64,000 bases of DNA from an uncultured Alphaproteobacteria bacterium (GCA_902540805.1 CACBON010000006.1:6081-70080), one strand, 5' to 3'; shown: positions 50,714 through 61,635, counted from the first letter of the stretch. The notes: generated from the sequence alone by a model not told the origin. Program-made: numbers and translations.

Positions 50714-51013
50714 CTAAGAATCTGTTTCTCTTTCAATTTCCACAATTTCATCAACATTTGATTCATCTGAATCGACTTCTGTTGTGCTTGTGGAATCGTC
50801 AGCTTCAATGTCCTCGATCTCCATGTCTTTTGCCTCCAGATTATCTTCAGGTTTTAAAATCTTTGGTGGTCTTCCTCGCCTTGAAACATTTGTTAAAAGT
50901 GAGTTTACATCAGCCCCACAATTTGGACAAACAATTGGATATTTTTCAAAATCAAAAAAAAGAGTGTTACATTTTGCGCATTTTCTCTTAGCACCTTTGT
51001 CAAATTTTTCCAT
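50714..51013 (-). CDS. TIGR02300 / FYDLN-acid family protein
   Basis: G.KRKCAKC..FFDF..P.VCPNCG zinc ribbon plus acidic tail; divergent from aroA. Confidence 0.85.
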   Translation of the reverse strand: MEKFDKGAKRKCAKCNTLFFDFEKYPIVCPNCGADVNSLLTNVSRRGRPPKILKPEDNLEAKDMEIEDIEADDSTSTTEVDSDESNVDEIVEIERETDS

Positions 51014-51061
51014 AATCAACTTTCAATAATAAAGTAAATAAATTATATATCATAATTAGAG

Positions 51062-52381
51062 ATGAAAAAAACTATTACTCTGAAATCTTCGAAAAGTAAA
51101 CCATTAAATGGAACTATAACTGTTCCTTCAGATAAATCCATTTCCATAAGATCACTTATTATTTCGTCAACCTGCCTAGGAAACACTAAAGTTTTTAAGC
51201 TTTTAGAATCTGAAGATGTCATGAACACTTTAAAAGTTCTCAAAAATTTAAAAATTAAAATAATTAAAAAAAATGATTACTATGAAATTTTTGGACAAGG
51301 GGGGCTTTTCTCTGATCCTCAAAAAATTTTACATTTCGGAAACTCTGGAACGGGCGTAAGGCTGATGACTGGTTTGCTTAGCACTAGCGAGGTAAATGCG
51401 ACATTAACTGGGGACAAATCATTATCATCGAGACCAATGAAAAGAATTATTGACCCTCTTCAAGAAATGAATGTTTCCATAACACACAATGACGGTTTAC
51501 TTCCAATTAAGGTTTTCAATCACAACAATCATTACGTTCCTATAAACCATACTTTAAATGTTGGTTCTGCCCAAGTAAAGAGTTGTATCTTACTTGCAGC
51601 ATTAAATACAAAAGGCACAACTACAATTGTGGAAAAAATTCCATCTAGAGATCATACGGAGATAATGCTAAAGTTTTTGGGAGCAAACTTAATTAAAGAA
51701 AAAAATGTAATTAAATTAACGTCACCAAATTTTCTTAAACCCAAAGAATTAAAAATTCCTGGAGATTTTAGTTCTGCAGCATTTGTTATAATTGCAGTTC
51801 TCCTCTCTAAAAAAAGCAAAGTAAAATTAAAAGATGTTGGTCTTAATTATTACAGAACTGGTCTTTTAGATGTTTTAAAGAAAATGAATGCTAATATTAA
51901 CGTTAAAAATAAGAGAAAATTCAATGGCGAAATTGTTGGTGACATTGAGGTCGAAAGTTCAAATTTAATAGCGACTGTCGTGAATAAGGGAATAGTTCCA
52001 AGACTTATTGATGAATATCCAATATTGTTTGTAGCAGCCTCTTATGCATCAGGGGTTTCCGAATTTTATGGGTTAAAAGAACTAAAAGTAAAAGAAAGTA
52101 ATAGACTTACTTCGATGTCAAACGCTCTATCTAAAAATGGGGTGAGATTAGAATTAGGTTATGATTCTATCAAAATTTATGGAAAAAAAAATCAAGAAGG
52201 AGGCAATCAAGTTGAAACAGAAAATGACCATAGAGTGGCAATGTCAATGCTTATCTTTGGGTTTTTTTCAAATAAATCTATTGTTATTGATGAGATGAAA
52301 ATGATAAAAACATCATTTCCTAGCTTCAAAGAACTCTTTCAGAATTTAGGTGCTAAAATTGAATATTTTCAAAAATTCTAA
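51062..52381 (+). CDS. aroA: EPSP synthase
   Basis: DKSIS, GNSGTGVRL, RPMKR, SAQVKS, RDHTE, KESNR, DHR. Confidence 0.97.
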   Translation: MKKTITLKSSKSKPLNGTITVPSDKSISIRSLIISSTCLGNTKVFKLLESEDVMNTLKVLKNLKIKIIKKNDYYEIFGQGGLFSDPQKILHFGNSGTGVRLMTGLLSTSEVNATLTGDKSLSSRPMKRIIDPLQEMNVSITHNDGLLPIKVFNHNNHYVPINHTLNVGSAQVKSCILLAALNTKGTTTIVEKIPSRDHTEIMLKFLGANLIKEKNVIKLTSPNFLKPKELKIPGDFSSAAFVIIAVLLSKKSKVKLKDVGLNYYRTGLLDVLKKMNANINVKNKRKFNGEIVGDIEVESSNLIATVVNKGIVPRLIDEYPILFVAASYASGVSEFYGLKELKVKESNRLTSMSNALSKNGVRLELGYDSIKIYGKKNQEGGNQVETENDHRVAMSMLIFGFFSNKSIVIDEMKMIKTSFPSFKELFQNLGAKIEYFQKF

Positions 52382-53006
52382 ACCAGTAATTGCAATTGAC
52401 GGAACTGCGGGTTCAGGCAAGGGGACGCTAGCAACTAGTTTATCAAAAAAACTTAATTTTGATCATTTAGATACCGGTCTTCTTTATAGAATTTATGCAT
52501 TTGAAAGTATTAAAAATGGTAGAAAGAAGCCACCCACTAATATAAATTTTAATAAATGGTTCACAAATATTGAAAAATTGGAATGTTTAAGATCAGAAAA
52601 AATTTCAAGGCTTGCATCTCAAATTTCTCAATCAACCGAAATTAGAAATACACTAGTAAACTATCAAAGGAACTTTGCCAACAACCCTCCCAATGGAAAA
52701 GGTTCCGTAATTGACGGAAGAGATATTGGAACAGTAATTATTCCCAATGCTGAGGTAAAGTTTTTTATAGATGCAGATTTGGAAATAAGGGCCTCAAGGA
52801 GAAATCGACAATTAAAACTTAGTTCATTAGAGTATTCAAATACTATTAAAAACATGAGAAAAAGAGATTTCCAAGATTCTGAAAGAGAGATTTCTCCACT
52901 AAAGTCAGCCGTTGACAGTTTCAAGATTGATACATCAAAGATTGATGAAACTCAAGTCCTTGAGATAGCGTTACAGTATATAAGAAAAAGAACTGATTTT
53001 ATTTAA
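52350..53006 (+). CDS. cmk: Cytidylate kinase
   Basis: IAIDGTAGSGKGT, LDTGLLYR, DGRDIGT; start approximate. Confidence 0.95.
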   Translation: MLKLNIFKNSKPVIAIDGTAGSGKGTLATSLSKKLNFDHLDTGLLYRIYAFESIKNGRKKPPTNINFNKWFTNIEKLECLRSEKISRLASQISQSTEIRNTLVNYQRNFANNPPNGKGSVIDGRDIGTVIIPNAEVKFFIDADLEIRASRRNRQLKLSSLEYSNTIKNMRKRDFQDSEREISPLKSAVDSFKIDTSKIDETQVLEIALQYIRKRTDFI

Positions 53007-53065
53007 TAATTGCATATCACTTGAAAATTTTGTAATTGTAATCAATAAATTATAGAGGAAATTAA

Positions 53066-54745
53066 TTGGTAGAAAATTTTAGTGAATTATTAGAACAAAG
53101 CTTATCAGAATTCAAATACAAAGAAGGTCAAATTATTAAAGGCACAGTTCTTTCAATCGTTAACGATACAGTAGTCGTAGATGTAGGACTTAAAGCTGAA
53201 GGAAGGATACCTATAAGAGAGTTTCATTCACCTGGAGAAGAACACGGAGTTAAAGTAGGGGATAAATACGATGTATATTTAGAAAAGCTTGAAAATAAAG
53301 AAGGTGAAGCCCTTCTAAGTCGAGAAAGAGCCAGGAAAGAAGAGTCTTGGTCAAACCTTGAAAAACAACAAAATCAAAAAGAACAGGTGACGGGAGTAAT
53401 CACTGGAAGGGTTAAAGGGGGTTTTGCAGTTGACATCAATGGAGCAGTAGCATTTCTTCCTGGAAGTCAAGTTGATCTAAAGCCAATTAAAGATATTTCT
53501 CCATTACTTAATAAACCACAACCGATGATAATTCTTAAAATGGATAAATTAAGAGGTAACATCGTTGTCTCTAGAAGAGTCTTGCTAGAGGAGTCTAGAA
53601 AAGCTGATAGAAGTAAACTTTTATCAGATATAAATGAGGGAGATAAATTAAAAGGCGTAGTAAAAAATATTACAGATTATGGTGTTTTCGTTGACTTAGG
53701 AGGAATGGATGGATTAATTCATGTCACAGACATTTCGTGGGAAAGAGTAAATCACCCCTCTGAAATGTTTAAGATAGGTGAAGACTTAGAAGTGATTGTT
53801 ATAAAATACGACAAAGAAAACAATCGAATTAGTCTTGGTCTTAAACAGTTAACAGAGGATCCTTGGAAAAACGTTGAGAAAATTTACAAGGTTGGTACAA
53901 AATTAAAATCAAAAATATCAAGTATAGCAGATTATGGTGCATTTATTGAGTTAGAGAAAGGAGTTGAGGGTCTTATTCATACTTCTGAGATGAGTTGGGT
54001 AAATAAAAATATCAACCCGAATTCAATCCTCAAGATTGGCGAAGAAGTGGAGGTAATAATTTTAGAAATTGACAACACTAAAAGAAGAATAAGTTTGGGA
54101 TTAAAACAATGCACTGAAAACCCATGGAAGATCTTTGCTTCGACAAAAAAAGTAGGGGACATTGCTGAAGGTGATATAAAAAATATAACAGATTTTGGAA
54201 TATTTGTTGGCTTGACAGAAGAGCTTGATGGATTGATTCATGCTTCAGATATATCTTGGGAAGATAACGGTTCCAAAGCAATTGAAAAACACAAGATAGG
54301 TGAAAAAGTTAAATTTAAAATTTTGGATATTGATGTGGAAAAAGAGAGAGTGTCTTTGGGTATTAAACAACTAACGAAAAGTTCCGTCAAAGAGGACAAA
54401 TTTGTCAATAAAACAATGACATGTGTTGTTGAAAAAATCGATGAGGATAAAGTGATAGTTAGTTTTGAAAAAAATTTCAAGGGATTTGTTAAAAAATCAA
54501 ATCTAGCAAAAGTTAAGACAGAACAAAATACATCTAGATTTGCAGTTGGTGAAAAAATTGATGCAAAAGTTTTAAAAAAGATTGCTAAAGATGATACATA
54601 TGAATTATCAATTAAAGACTTAGAAATTCAGGAAGAAAAAGAAGCTCTTAAAGAATATGGTTCATCTTCTTCAGGAGCCAGTATAGGTGATATAATAGGT
54701 GCTGCACTGGAAGAAGATAAAAAGAAGTCTAAAGATGAAACCTAA
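53066..54745 (+). CDS. rpsA: 30S ribosomal protein S1
   Basis: Repeated S1 domains (AFLPGSQVD, KNITDYG, GLIH, RISLGLKQ); TTG start with GAGG. Confidence 0.98.
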   Translation: MVENFSELLEQSLSEFKYKEGQIIKGTVLSIVNDTVVVDVGLKAEGRIPIREFHSPGEEHGVKVGDKYDVYLEKLENKEGEALLSRERARKEESWSNLEKQQNQKEQVTGVITGRVKGGFAVDINGAVAFLPGSQVDLKPIKDISPLLNKPQPMIILKMDKLRGNIVVSRRVLLEESRKADRSKLLSDINEGDKLKGVVKNITDYGVFVDLGGMDGLIHVTDISWERVNHPSEMFKIGEDLEVIVIKYDKENNRISLGLKQLTEDPWKNVEKIYKVGTKLKSKISSIADYGAFIELEKGVEGLIHTSEMSWVNKNINPNSILKIGEEVEVIILEIDNTKRRISLGLKQCTENPWKIFASTKKVGDIAEGDIKNITDFGIFVGLTEELDGLIHASDISWEDNGSKAIEKHKIGEKVKFKILDIDVEKERVSLGIKQLTKSSVKEDKFVNKTMTCVVEKIDEDKVIVSFEKNFKGFVKKSNLAKVKTEQNTSRFAVGEKIDAKVLKKIAKDDTYELSIKDLEIQEEKEALKEYGSSSSGASIGDIIGAALEEDKKKSKDET

Positions 54746-55628
54746 TGACTTTTTAGACAAATTTTATTCAAGAAGACAATCAACAATAAAACGTTTATTA
54801 ATTATCACAATACTGATCTTGTTAGTCGTGACTGCTTCACTTCAATTTCATCAAAAAGAAAATTTTATTGCTAAAATAACTGTCGAAGGAATCATTAAAG
54901 ACAGGAATGACATACTTGAACAACTAAATAACTTAGATGCTGATGAAAACGTAAAAGGACTTATAACTGTCATTAACAGTCCCGGAGGTACATATGTGGG
55001 AAGTAAAGAAATTCACGAATCAATTAAAAACTTAAGTAAAAAAATACCTACAGTTGCTTACATGAGAGAAATGGCTACTTCAGGTGGTTATCTTGTATCC
55101 CTAAGTTCTGACAGAATTTTTGGAAATGAGGCAACCATCACAGGATCAATAGGTGTGATACTTCAAACAGCAAATATCAGTCAACTTCTTGATAAATTAG
55201 GTATAAATCCAGTAATTATTAAAAGTGGTGACTTAAAAGCAGTGCCTAACCCTGCTGAAGAAATCGATACAGAAAAACTCAATTACTTGAAAGATATTAT
55301 ACAAAAAATGCAAAAAGAATTTTTGAATTTGGTAAAGAAAAATAGAGACATATCAAATTCCACAATAGAATTGGTCTCAGATGGAAGAATTGTAACAGGA
55401 AAACAAGCTAAAGATTTGAAGCTCATTGATGCAGTTGGAACTGAGAATGATGCATTGTCGTGGTTAAGGCAAGAGGCTGGGTTAGGTGATGACGTAAAGG
55501 TTAAAGATTTATCGATTCAGAACGATATAACAAAAGTATTTAATCTCAATTTTTTAAAAAAAAAGATTAATTATTTAAATCAAAACTTTTATAATGGCTT
55601 TATAGCTATTTGGACACCAGGAATATGA
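54735..55628 (+). CDS. sppA: Signal peptide peptidase SppA (S49)
   Basis: INSPGG, ATSGGY, TGSIGV, DGRIVTG; start at ATG 54735. Confidence 0.93.
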   Translation: MKPNDFLDKFYSRRQSTIKRLLIITILILLVVTASLQFHQKENFIAKITVEGIIKDRNDILEQLNNLDADENVKGLITVINSPGGTYVGSKEIHESIKNLSKKIPTVAYMREMATSGGYLVSLSSDRIFGNEATITGSIGVILQTANISQLLDKLGINPVIIKSGDLKAVPNPAEEIDTEKLNYLKDIIQKMQKEFLNLVKKNRDISNSTIELVSDGRIVTGKQAKDLKLIDAVGTENDALSWLRQEAGLGDDVKVKDLSIQNDITKVFNLNFLKKKINYLNQNFYNGFIAIWTPGI

Positions 55629-55912
55629 AAAAATCAGATATTTTAAAGGAGCTTGAAAACAAATTCGAGTATCTACCAAGAAGGGAGGTTGAAAGAACGC
55701 TTGAAAAAATTCTACAATTTTTTGCATCAAACTTAGCCAAGGGAGCTAGAATTGAAATCAGAGACTTTGGTACTTTTTCAACAAAAACCCGTGAAAGTAG
55801 AATTGGACGTAACCCCTCATCAGGAGAAAAAATAGAAATTAAAAAAAAAAATTTTATTCATTTTATACCAGGAAAAAAATTGAGAAGGGAAATAAATGTC
55901 ATCAAAGATTAA
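55625..55912 (+). CDS. ihfB: Integration host factor beta subunit
   Basis: RIEIRDFGTF, GRNPSSGE, HFIPGKKLR; position after sppA. Confidence 0.9.
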   Translation: MKKSDILKELENKFEYLPRREVERTLEKILQFFASNLAKGARIEIRDFGTFSTKTRESRIGRNPSSGEKIEIKKKNFIHFIPGKKLRREINVIKD

Positions 55913-56116
55913 AAAAATGATTGGATTTATATTTGTTTTTTTTTTTTAACTTTTTTTTCCCTTTTTGCTATTGGAAATAAATATTTAGTTAAAATAAATC
56001 TATTTCCATTCCCTTTTTTCTTGGAACTGCCTTTATATATTCTTGTTCTAGTCCTTATCTTTTTAGGATTCATTTTGGGTTTAATTTTTTCTTTTTTTAA
56101 AAAGCAATTAAGTTAA
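55896..56116 (+). pseudogene. lapA: LapA (DUF1049) LPS assembly protein, frameshifted in a T12 tract
   Basis: MSSKIKKMIGFIFVFFF* stops at 55947-55949; the shifted frame gives LTFFSLFAIGNKYLVKINLFPFPFFLELPLYILVLVLIFLGFILG..*; lies in the ihfB-pyrF slot. Confidence 0.75.
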
Positions 56117-56120
56117 AAAC

Positions 56121-56828
56121 ATGGATTCTAGAAATTTTATTTATTGCGCAATTGACTTTTCAGATTTAGAACAATCAAAAAAGTTAATATCAAAAATACA
56201 AAAATATATTGGAGGCATAAAAATTGGCCTAGAATTTTTTACAAAGAATGGTCCTACAGGATTTCTTGAAATTCAAAAACTTGGAATACCAATCTTCTTA
56301 GATTTAAAGCTAAAAGACATACCAAACACAGTAAAAAAATCTGCTCAAAATCTAATTGATTTAAAACCTGATTTTTTGTCTATTCACCTCTCTGGAGGTC
56401 TGAGAATGGTCAAGGAAGTGGTTTCGATTAAAAATAATACAAAAATTTTGGGCATTTCGATGCTCACCAGTTTAGATAACGCAGATTTAAAAAGTTTTGG
56501 TTATAATTCCAGCAATTTAGATTATGTAAAGAATTTAGCAAAAATTGGAGAAAAAGCTGGCATCGACGGTTTAGTCTCGTCAGCTCATGAAATTCCTCAC
56601 TTGAAAAGTAGTCTAAATAACACCAAAATGCTATTTATCACACCAGGAATAAGATTTTTAAACAATAACAAAAATGATCAAAAAAGAATTATTTCCCCCG
56701 GCCAAGCAATAGATAATGGCTCAAATATGTTAATTATTGGTAGATCAATTACACAATCTAGCGACCCAATTAATTCAATAAAAAGTATTTTACAGGATAT
56801 AGAAAAACACTATGAAGACAAAAATTAA
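56121..56828 (+). CDS. pyrF: Orotidine-5'-phosphate decarboxylase
   Basis: KIGLE, FLDLKLKDIPNTV, LTS, TPGIR, DQKR, GRSIT. Confidence 0.96.
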   Translation: MDSRNFIYCAIDFSDLEQSKKLISKIQKYIGGIKIGLEFFTKNGPTGFLEIQKLGIPIFLDLKLKDIPNTVKKSAQNLIDLKPDFLSIHLSGGLRMVKEVVSIKNNTKILGISMLTSLDNADLKSFGYNSSNLDYVKNLAKIGEKAGIDGLVSSAHEIPHLKSSLNNTKMLFITPGIRFLNNNKNDQKRIISPGQAIDNGSNMLIIGRSITQSSDPINSIKSILQDIEKHYEDKN

Positions 56829-57450
56829 ATTGTGCGGGCTTCAAGATAAAGAATCAATTTTAGCAAGTTCAGATGCTCACTATATTGGTTTTGTTTTTTA
56901 CCAAAAATCTCCAAGGTTTATAAATGCGCTAGAAGCAAAGAAACTTAGACAATATATTAACGATAATCAAAAACTTGTTGGACTGTTTGTAGATGCTGAT
57001 TTGAATCTGATTAATCATATTTCAGAAACTCTGAATTTAGATATCATTCAACTTCATGGAAATGAGGATTTGGGTTATATAAATGAAATTAAAAAACTGA
57101 AAAAGCCGATTATAAAAGCAATACCAATAAAAGAACATTCAGATATTATGAGGGCACGTAAATATGAAAAATTATGTGATATGATATTATTTGATACAAA
57201 AAGCGAAACTGATGTTAGTGGCGGCACAGGAATTTCATTTGATTGGAAGCTCCTTAAAGGTTATGATTCACCCCGAGAATGGATTCTAGCAGGTGGACTA
57301 AACGAAGAAAATATTGTCAAAGCTTTAAAAATTACAAAGGCTACGTTTATTGATGTTTCATCAGGAGTAGAAAAGTCCAGAGGAAAAAAATGTCAAAAAA
57401 AAATCAAAAGTTTTATTAATTGTGTAAAAAATTATGAAAAAGAAAAATAA
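56812..57450 (+). CDS. trpF: Phosphoribosylanthranilate isomerase
   Basis: KLCGL, GFVF..SPR, QLHGNE, GGTG..FDW, LAGGL, DVSSGVE. Confidence 0.96.
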   Translation: MKTKIKLCGLQDKESILASSDAHYIGFVFYQKSPRFINALEAKKLRQYINDNQKLVGLFVDADLNLINHISETLNLDIIQLHGNEDLGYINEIKKLKKPIIKAIPIKEHSDIMRARKYEKLCDMILFDTKSETDVSGGTGISFDWKLLKGYDSPREWILAGGLNEENIVKALKITKATFIDVSSGVEKSRGKKCQKKIKSFINCVKNYEKEK

Positions 57451-58651
57451 AATTAACTATTACAAGTTCCCAGATAAACATGGAAGATTTGGAAAATTTG
57501 GAGGCAGGTTTGTGGCAGAAACTTTGATGCCTCTGTTACTTGATGTTGAAAACAAATACAAAGAGGTAAGAGCATCAAAGCAGTTCAAAAAAGAACTTAA
57601 CTATTATTTTGAAAATTACATTGGAAGACCAAGTCCACTCTATCATGCTAAAAGAATTTCCAAAGAGATTGGTGATGTTAAAGTCTATTTTAAAAGGGAT
57701 GAACTAAATCATACTGGCGCTCACAAAATTAATAATTGTGTAGGACAAGTACTTTTAGCAAAAAAGATGGGAAAAAAAAGGATTGTTGCTGAAACTGGGG
57801 CTGGGCAACATGGACTTGCAACTGCAACTGTGTGTGCACTTTTTAACTTAAAGTGTGTTGTATATATGGGTGCTTTGGATATTAAAAGACAAGCTCCAAA
57901 TGTTTTCAAAATGAAATTACTTGGAGCTGAAATTATTCCAGTAAAATCTGGAACATCTACGCTAAAAGATGCGATGAATGAAGCATTAAGAGATTGGGTA
58001 TCCAATGTCAAAGATACCTTTTATGTTATAGGGACGGTTGCGGGTCCTCATCCTTATCCAATGATGGTAAGAGATTTTCAATCAATTATTGGATTAGAGG
58101 CAAAGAAACAAATCCTTAAGATTGAAAAAAGACTCCCTGATTATTTACTAGCTTGTATCGGAGGAGGTTCTAATGCTCTTGGTCTTTTTTATCCATTTCT
58201 TAACAACGAGGATGTACAAATTCTAGGGATAGAAGCAGGAGGAAAAGGTATAAACTCCAAAATGCATGCAGCTTCTTTATCAAGAGGAAAGCCGGGCTTT
58301 TTACATGGTAATTATACATATTTACTACAAAACGAAGAAGGACAAATTACTGATGCACATTCAATTTCTGCAGGTTTAGATTATCCTGGCATTGGACCTG
58401 AACACTCATGGTTAAAGGAAACGGGAAGGGTGAATTATTTTAGTGCTACTGATAAAGAAGCACTTAATGCATTCAAGATGTGTTCAAAGTTGGAGGGTAT
58501 TATTCCCGCTCTAGAACCGTCTCATGCTTTAGCATATCTTCTTAAAAACTCAAAAAAATTTAAAAAAAATGAAATCATAATAATGAATATGTGTGGAAGA
58601 GGAGATAAGGACATTTTTTCGATCTCTGAAAGCTTAGGTGTTAAGATTTAG
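57434..58651 (+). CDS. trpB: Tryptophan synthase beta chain
   Basis: [40 protein letters not shown]. Confidence 0.98.
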   Translation: MKKKNKINYYKFPDKHGRFGKFGGRFVAETLMPLLLDVENKYKEVRASKQFKKELNYYFENYIGRPSPLYHAKRISKEIGDVKVYFKRDELNHTGAHKINNCVGQVLLAKKMGKKRIVAETGAGQHGLATATVCALFNLKCVVYMGALDIKRQAPNVFKMKLLGAEIIPVKSGTSTLKDAMNEALRDWVSNVKDTFYVIGTVAGPHPYPMMVRDFQSIIGLEAKKQILKIEKRLPDYLLACIGGGSNALGLFYPFLNNEDVQILGIEAGGKGINSKMHAASLSRGKPGFLHGNYTYLLQNEEGQITDAHSISAGLDYPGIGPEHSWLKETGRVNYFSATDKEALNAFKMCSKLEGIIPALEPSHALAYLLKNSKKFKKNEIIIMNMCGRGDKDIFSISESLGVKI

Positions 58652-58658
58652 GATTAAG

Positions 58659-59462
58659 ATGCTAAATAGGATCGACAAAAAGTTTTTAGAATTAAAAGAA
58701 ATTAATAGAAAAGCGTTAGTTGCTTTTATTACTTCAGGCGATCCAAATCAAAGTATTTCAAAAAAGATATTGAATGTACTAAGGGATCAAAAAATTGATC
58801 TTATTGAGATAGGTTTTCCTTTCTCTGATCCTATGGCTGATGGTCCAACCATTCAAAAGTCAAGTCAAAGAGCAATTAAAGCCGGAGCAAATATTGATAG
58901 TACTTTCGAGTTAGTAAAATATTTTAGGAAGAGTGATTACAATACTCCGATAGTTTTAATGGGATATTTCAATCCAATTTTTCAATACGGTATAGAGGAA
59001 TTTTTTTTAAATTGCAGTAAAGTTGGAATAGATGGTCTGATTATTGTGGACTTACCGCCTGAAGAAGACCATTACATAAACTGCTATACAAAAAAATATA
59101 ATGTTCACAATATTAGGCTTCTCACACCAACAACACATAAAGAAAGATTAAAAAAAATTCTTAAGCATACGAGTGGTTTTTTATATTATGTCTCAGTTAT
59201 GGGTATCACAGGAACAAAAAAACCTTCTATTAGTGAAGTTAGAAAATCGTTGGAAAAAATCAGAAAAATTTCCAACCTTCCAATTTGTGTTGGATTTGGT
59301 ATTAAAAATAAAAATCAAATACAAAGCTTGAATAAATTTTCAGATGGATGTGTAGTTGGATCAGTCATTGTTACCTTTATTGAAAATTTTAACAAAGGCA
59401 AATATTCAGAAAATCATATGCTAAAGAGCATATCTGATTTCTTGGCAAATTTAAGAAAATAA
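58659..59462 (+). CDS. trpA: Tryptophan synthase alpha chain
   Basis: EIGFPFSDPMADGPTIQ, VDLPPEE, GITG, VGFGI; start at ATG 58659. Confidence 0.97.
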   Translation: MLNRIDKKFLELKEINRKALVAFITSGDPNQSISKKILNVLRDQKIDLIEIGFPFSDPMADGPTIQKSSQRAIKAGANIDSTFELVKYFRKSDYNTPIVLMGYFNPIFQYGIEEFFLNCSKVGIDGLIIVDLPPEEDHYINCYTKKYNVHNIRLLTPTTHKERLKKILKHTSGFLYYVSVMGITGTKKPSISEVRKSLEKIRKISNLPICVGFGIKNKNQIQSLNKFSDGCVVGSVIVTFIENFNKGKYSENHMLKSISDFLANLRK

Positions 59463-59477
59463 TGGTAAGTTATTTAT

Positions 59478-60320
59478 ATGAATTGGATCACTAATTTTGT
59501 AAGACCAAAACTTCAAGCTTTTGTTGGAAAAAAAGAAGTTCCTGACAATTTGTGGGAAACTTGTCCAAAGTGTTCTCAAATGCTATTGAGAAAAGAATTA
59601 ATGTCAAATCAATATGTTTGCAAACATTGTGATCATCATTTTAGAATAAGTTCAAAAGAAAGATTAGAATTATTTTTAGGAAAGAATTTTATGATAATGG
59701 ACACACCCAAAATAAAGCCTGATCCACTAAAATTCAAAGATAGCAAAAAATATATAGACAGATTGAAAACTGCTCAAAAAGAAAATCAAACTAATGATTC
59801 CGTTATGGTGGCATCGGGAACTATAAATGGAAAAAAAATTGTTACAGCAATTTTTGATTTTAATTTTATGGGAGGTTCAATGGGTATGGCAGCTGGTGAA
59901 GCAATAATAACTGCATGTGATTTTGCGAAAAAAAATCAACTGCCGTTAATTATATTTAGCTCATCTGGTGGTGCGAGGATGCAAGAGGGAATTTTATCTT
60001 TAATGCAAATGCCACGAACTGTTATAGCAATAAATGCATTTGGAAAATTAAATTTACCTTTTATTTCTGTTCTCACTGATCCAACAACTGGCGGCGTTTC
60101 AGCTTCATTTGCCATGCTTGGTGATATAATAATTGCTGAAAAGGACGCCACTATTGGTTTCGCAGGAAGTAGAGTTATTGAGGATACGATTAAAGAAAAG
60201 TTACCCCAAAACTTTCAAAAATCAGAATATCTAATGGAAAAAGGCATGATCGATCTTGTTGTTCATAGAAAAGAACTCAAGAAAAAAATTGAAGATTTAC
60301 TGGACTTCCTTGTAGCTTAA
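59478..60320 (+). CDS. accD: Acetyl-CoA carboxylase carboxyltransferase beta subunit
   Basis: C4 zinc ribbon, FMGGSMG, SGGARMQEG, PTTGGV. Confidence 0.97.
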   Translation: MNWITNFVRPKLQAFVGKKEVPDNLWETCPKCSQMLLRKELMSNQYVCKHCDHHFRISSKERLELFLGKNFMIMDTPKIKPDPLKFKDSKKYIDRLKTAQKENQTNDSVMVASGTINGKKIVTAIFDFNFMGGSMGMAAGEAIITACDFAKKNQLPLIIFSSSGGARMQEGILSLMQMPRTVIAINAFGKLNLPFISVLTDPTTGGVSASFAMLGDIIIAEKDATIGFAGSRVIEDTIKEKLPQNFQKSEYLMEKGMIDLVVHRKELKKKIEDLLDFLVA

Positions 60321-60327
60321 CCAAGAA

Positions 60328-61635
60328 GTGGACAAATCAACTAAAATTTTAAGAAGGCTAGAACTGTTACATCCAAAAAAGATTGATTTATCTCTTAAAC
60401 GTCTAATAAAATTGCTAAAGAAGTTAGATAATCCCCATCTTAAATTATCTCCAGTAATTCACGTTGCAGGCACAAATGGGAAAGGTTCTGTAACTTCTTT
60501 TTTAAGAGCCATTTTCGAATCTTCAAAGTATAAAGTGCATACTTACACTTCTCCTCATTTAATAAATTTCAACGAAAGAATTAGGATTAATTCTAAACTT
60601 ATAAGTAACAACCATCTAAGTTCACTTTTAGAAGAATGTGAATATTATAATAACGGAGAAGAAATTACTTTTTTTGAAATTACAACAGCCGCCGCATTTT
60701 TGGCATTTAGCAGGATTGAATCTAATATTATTCTTTTAGAAACAGGCCTTGGTGGAAGATTTGATGCTACGAATGTAGTTGAAAATAAAATATGCAGTGT
60801 TATTACACCAATTTCAATGGATCATATGAACTTTCTTGGTTCAACAATCAAGAGAATTGCAAAAGAAAAATTAGGTATTTTAAAAAATTCAAAACAAATA
60901 GTGCTATCTAGGCAACCTTCAGTTGTGAGAAAGTTAGCAAGAGTTGAAGCAAAAAGAATGAAGATTAAGCTATTCGAAGAGGGTGCGAATTGGAGGATTT
61001 CAAAAAGAGATTTTATAAAGAAAAACTTCATAATGTATTTTGAGGATACAAATTATAATTTTAATTTCCCTAAACTTTTTGGTGAACATCAAATAGATAA
61101 CGCCTCAACGGCTATAGCAACAGTTTTGTCACTTGGAAGAGCAGATATTTTAAATAAATATATCAACCAAGGTATTTTATCAGCGAAATGGCCAGCCAGG
61201 ATGCAAAATCTAAAAAATGGAAATTTATCCTCATACATGGGTAAAAATTTTGAGATTTGGTTAGATGGAGGACATAATTTAGAAGCATCAAATGTAATAA
61301 AAAAAGTAATTGAAAAATGGAAAAAAGAAAATGTTTTCTTAGTTATCGGTATGATGATTGGGAAGGATCCGAATTCATTTATTAAAAAACTAATAAAAAA
61401 CCTTTCAGCAATATTTCTTTTACCGATACCAGATCATCAGTATATAAGACCATATGAAATAAAAAAAATTATAGAAAAAGAGATCGGCTCCACAATTAGC
61501 ATTGAATGTTCATTAGATATCAAAGAAGTTTTGAAAAAAATAAAAGAAACCTATTCAAACGGAAAGTTAGTAATTTGTGGTTCATTATATTTAGCAGGAG
61601 AAGTTTTAAAACAAGATGGCTTCAAGATTAATTAG
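60328..61635 (+). CDS. folC: Folylpolyglutamate synthase / dihydrofolate synthase
   Basis: HVAGTNGKGS, YTSPHL, ETGLGGRFDATN, WPAR, LDGGHN, GSLYLAG. Confidence 0.96.
   Translation: MDKSTKILRRLELLHPKKIDLSLKRLIKLLKKLDNPHLKLSPVIHVAGTNGKGSVTSFLRAIFESSKYKVHTYTSPHLINFNERIRINSKLISNNHLSSLLEECEYYNNGEEITFFEITTAAAFLAFSRIESNIILLETGLGGRFDATNVVENKICSVITPISMDHMNFLGSTIKRIAKEKLGILKNSKQIVLSRQPSVVRKLARVEAKRMKIKLFEEGANWRISKRDFIKKNFIMYFEDTNYNFNFPKLFGEHQIDNASTAIATVLSLGRADILNKYINQGILSAKWPARMQNLKNGNLSSYMGKNFEIWLDGGHNLEASNVIKKVIEKWKKENVFLVIGMMIGKDPNSFIKKLIKNLSAIFLLPIPDHQYIRPYEIKKIIEKEIGSTISIECSLDIKEVLKKIKETYSNGKLVICGSLYLAGEVLKQDGFKIN

Noticed and set aside
400-61031. Dozens of 60-140 aa ORFs antisense to or nested in core genes (e.g. 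975-1400, 1476-1841, 33861-34259, 46840-47208)
   Set aside because: Shadow ORFs of well-supported genes with Ile/Phe/Ser-rich mirror composition and no motifs or RBS
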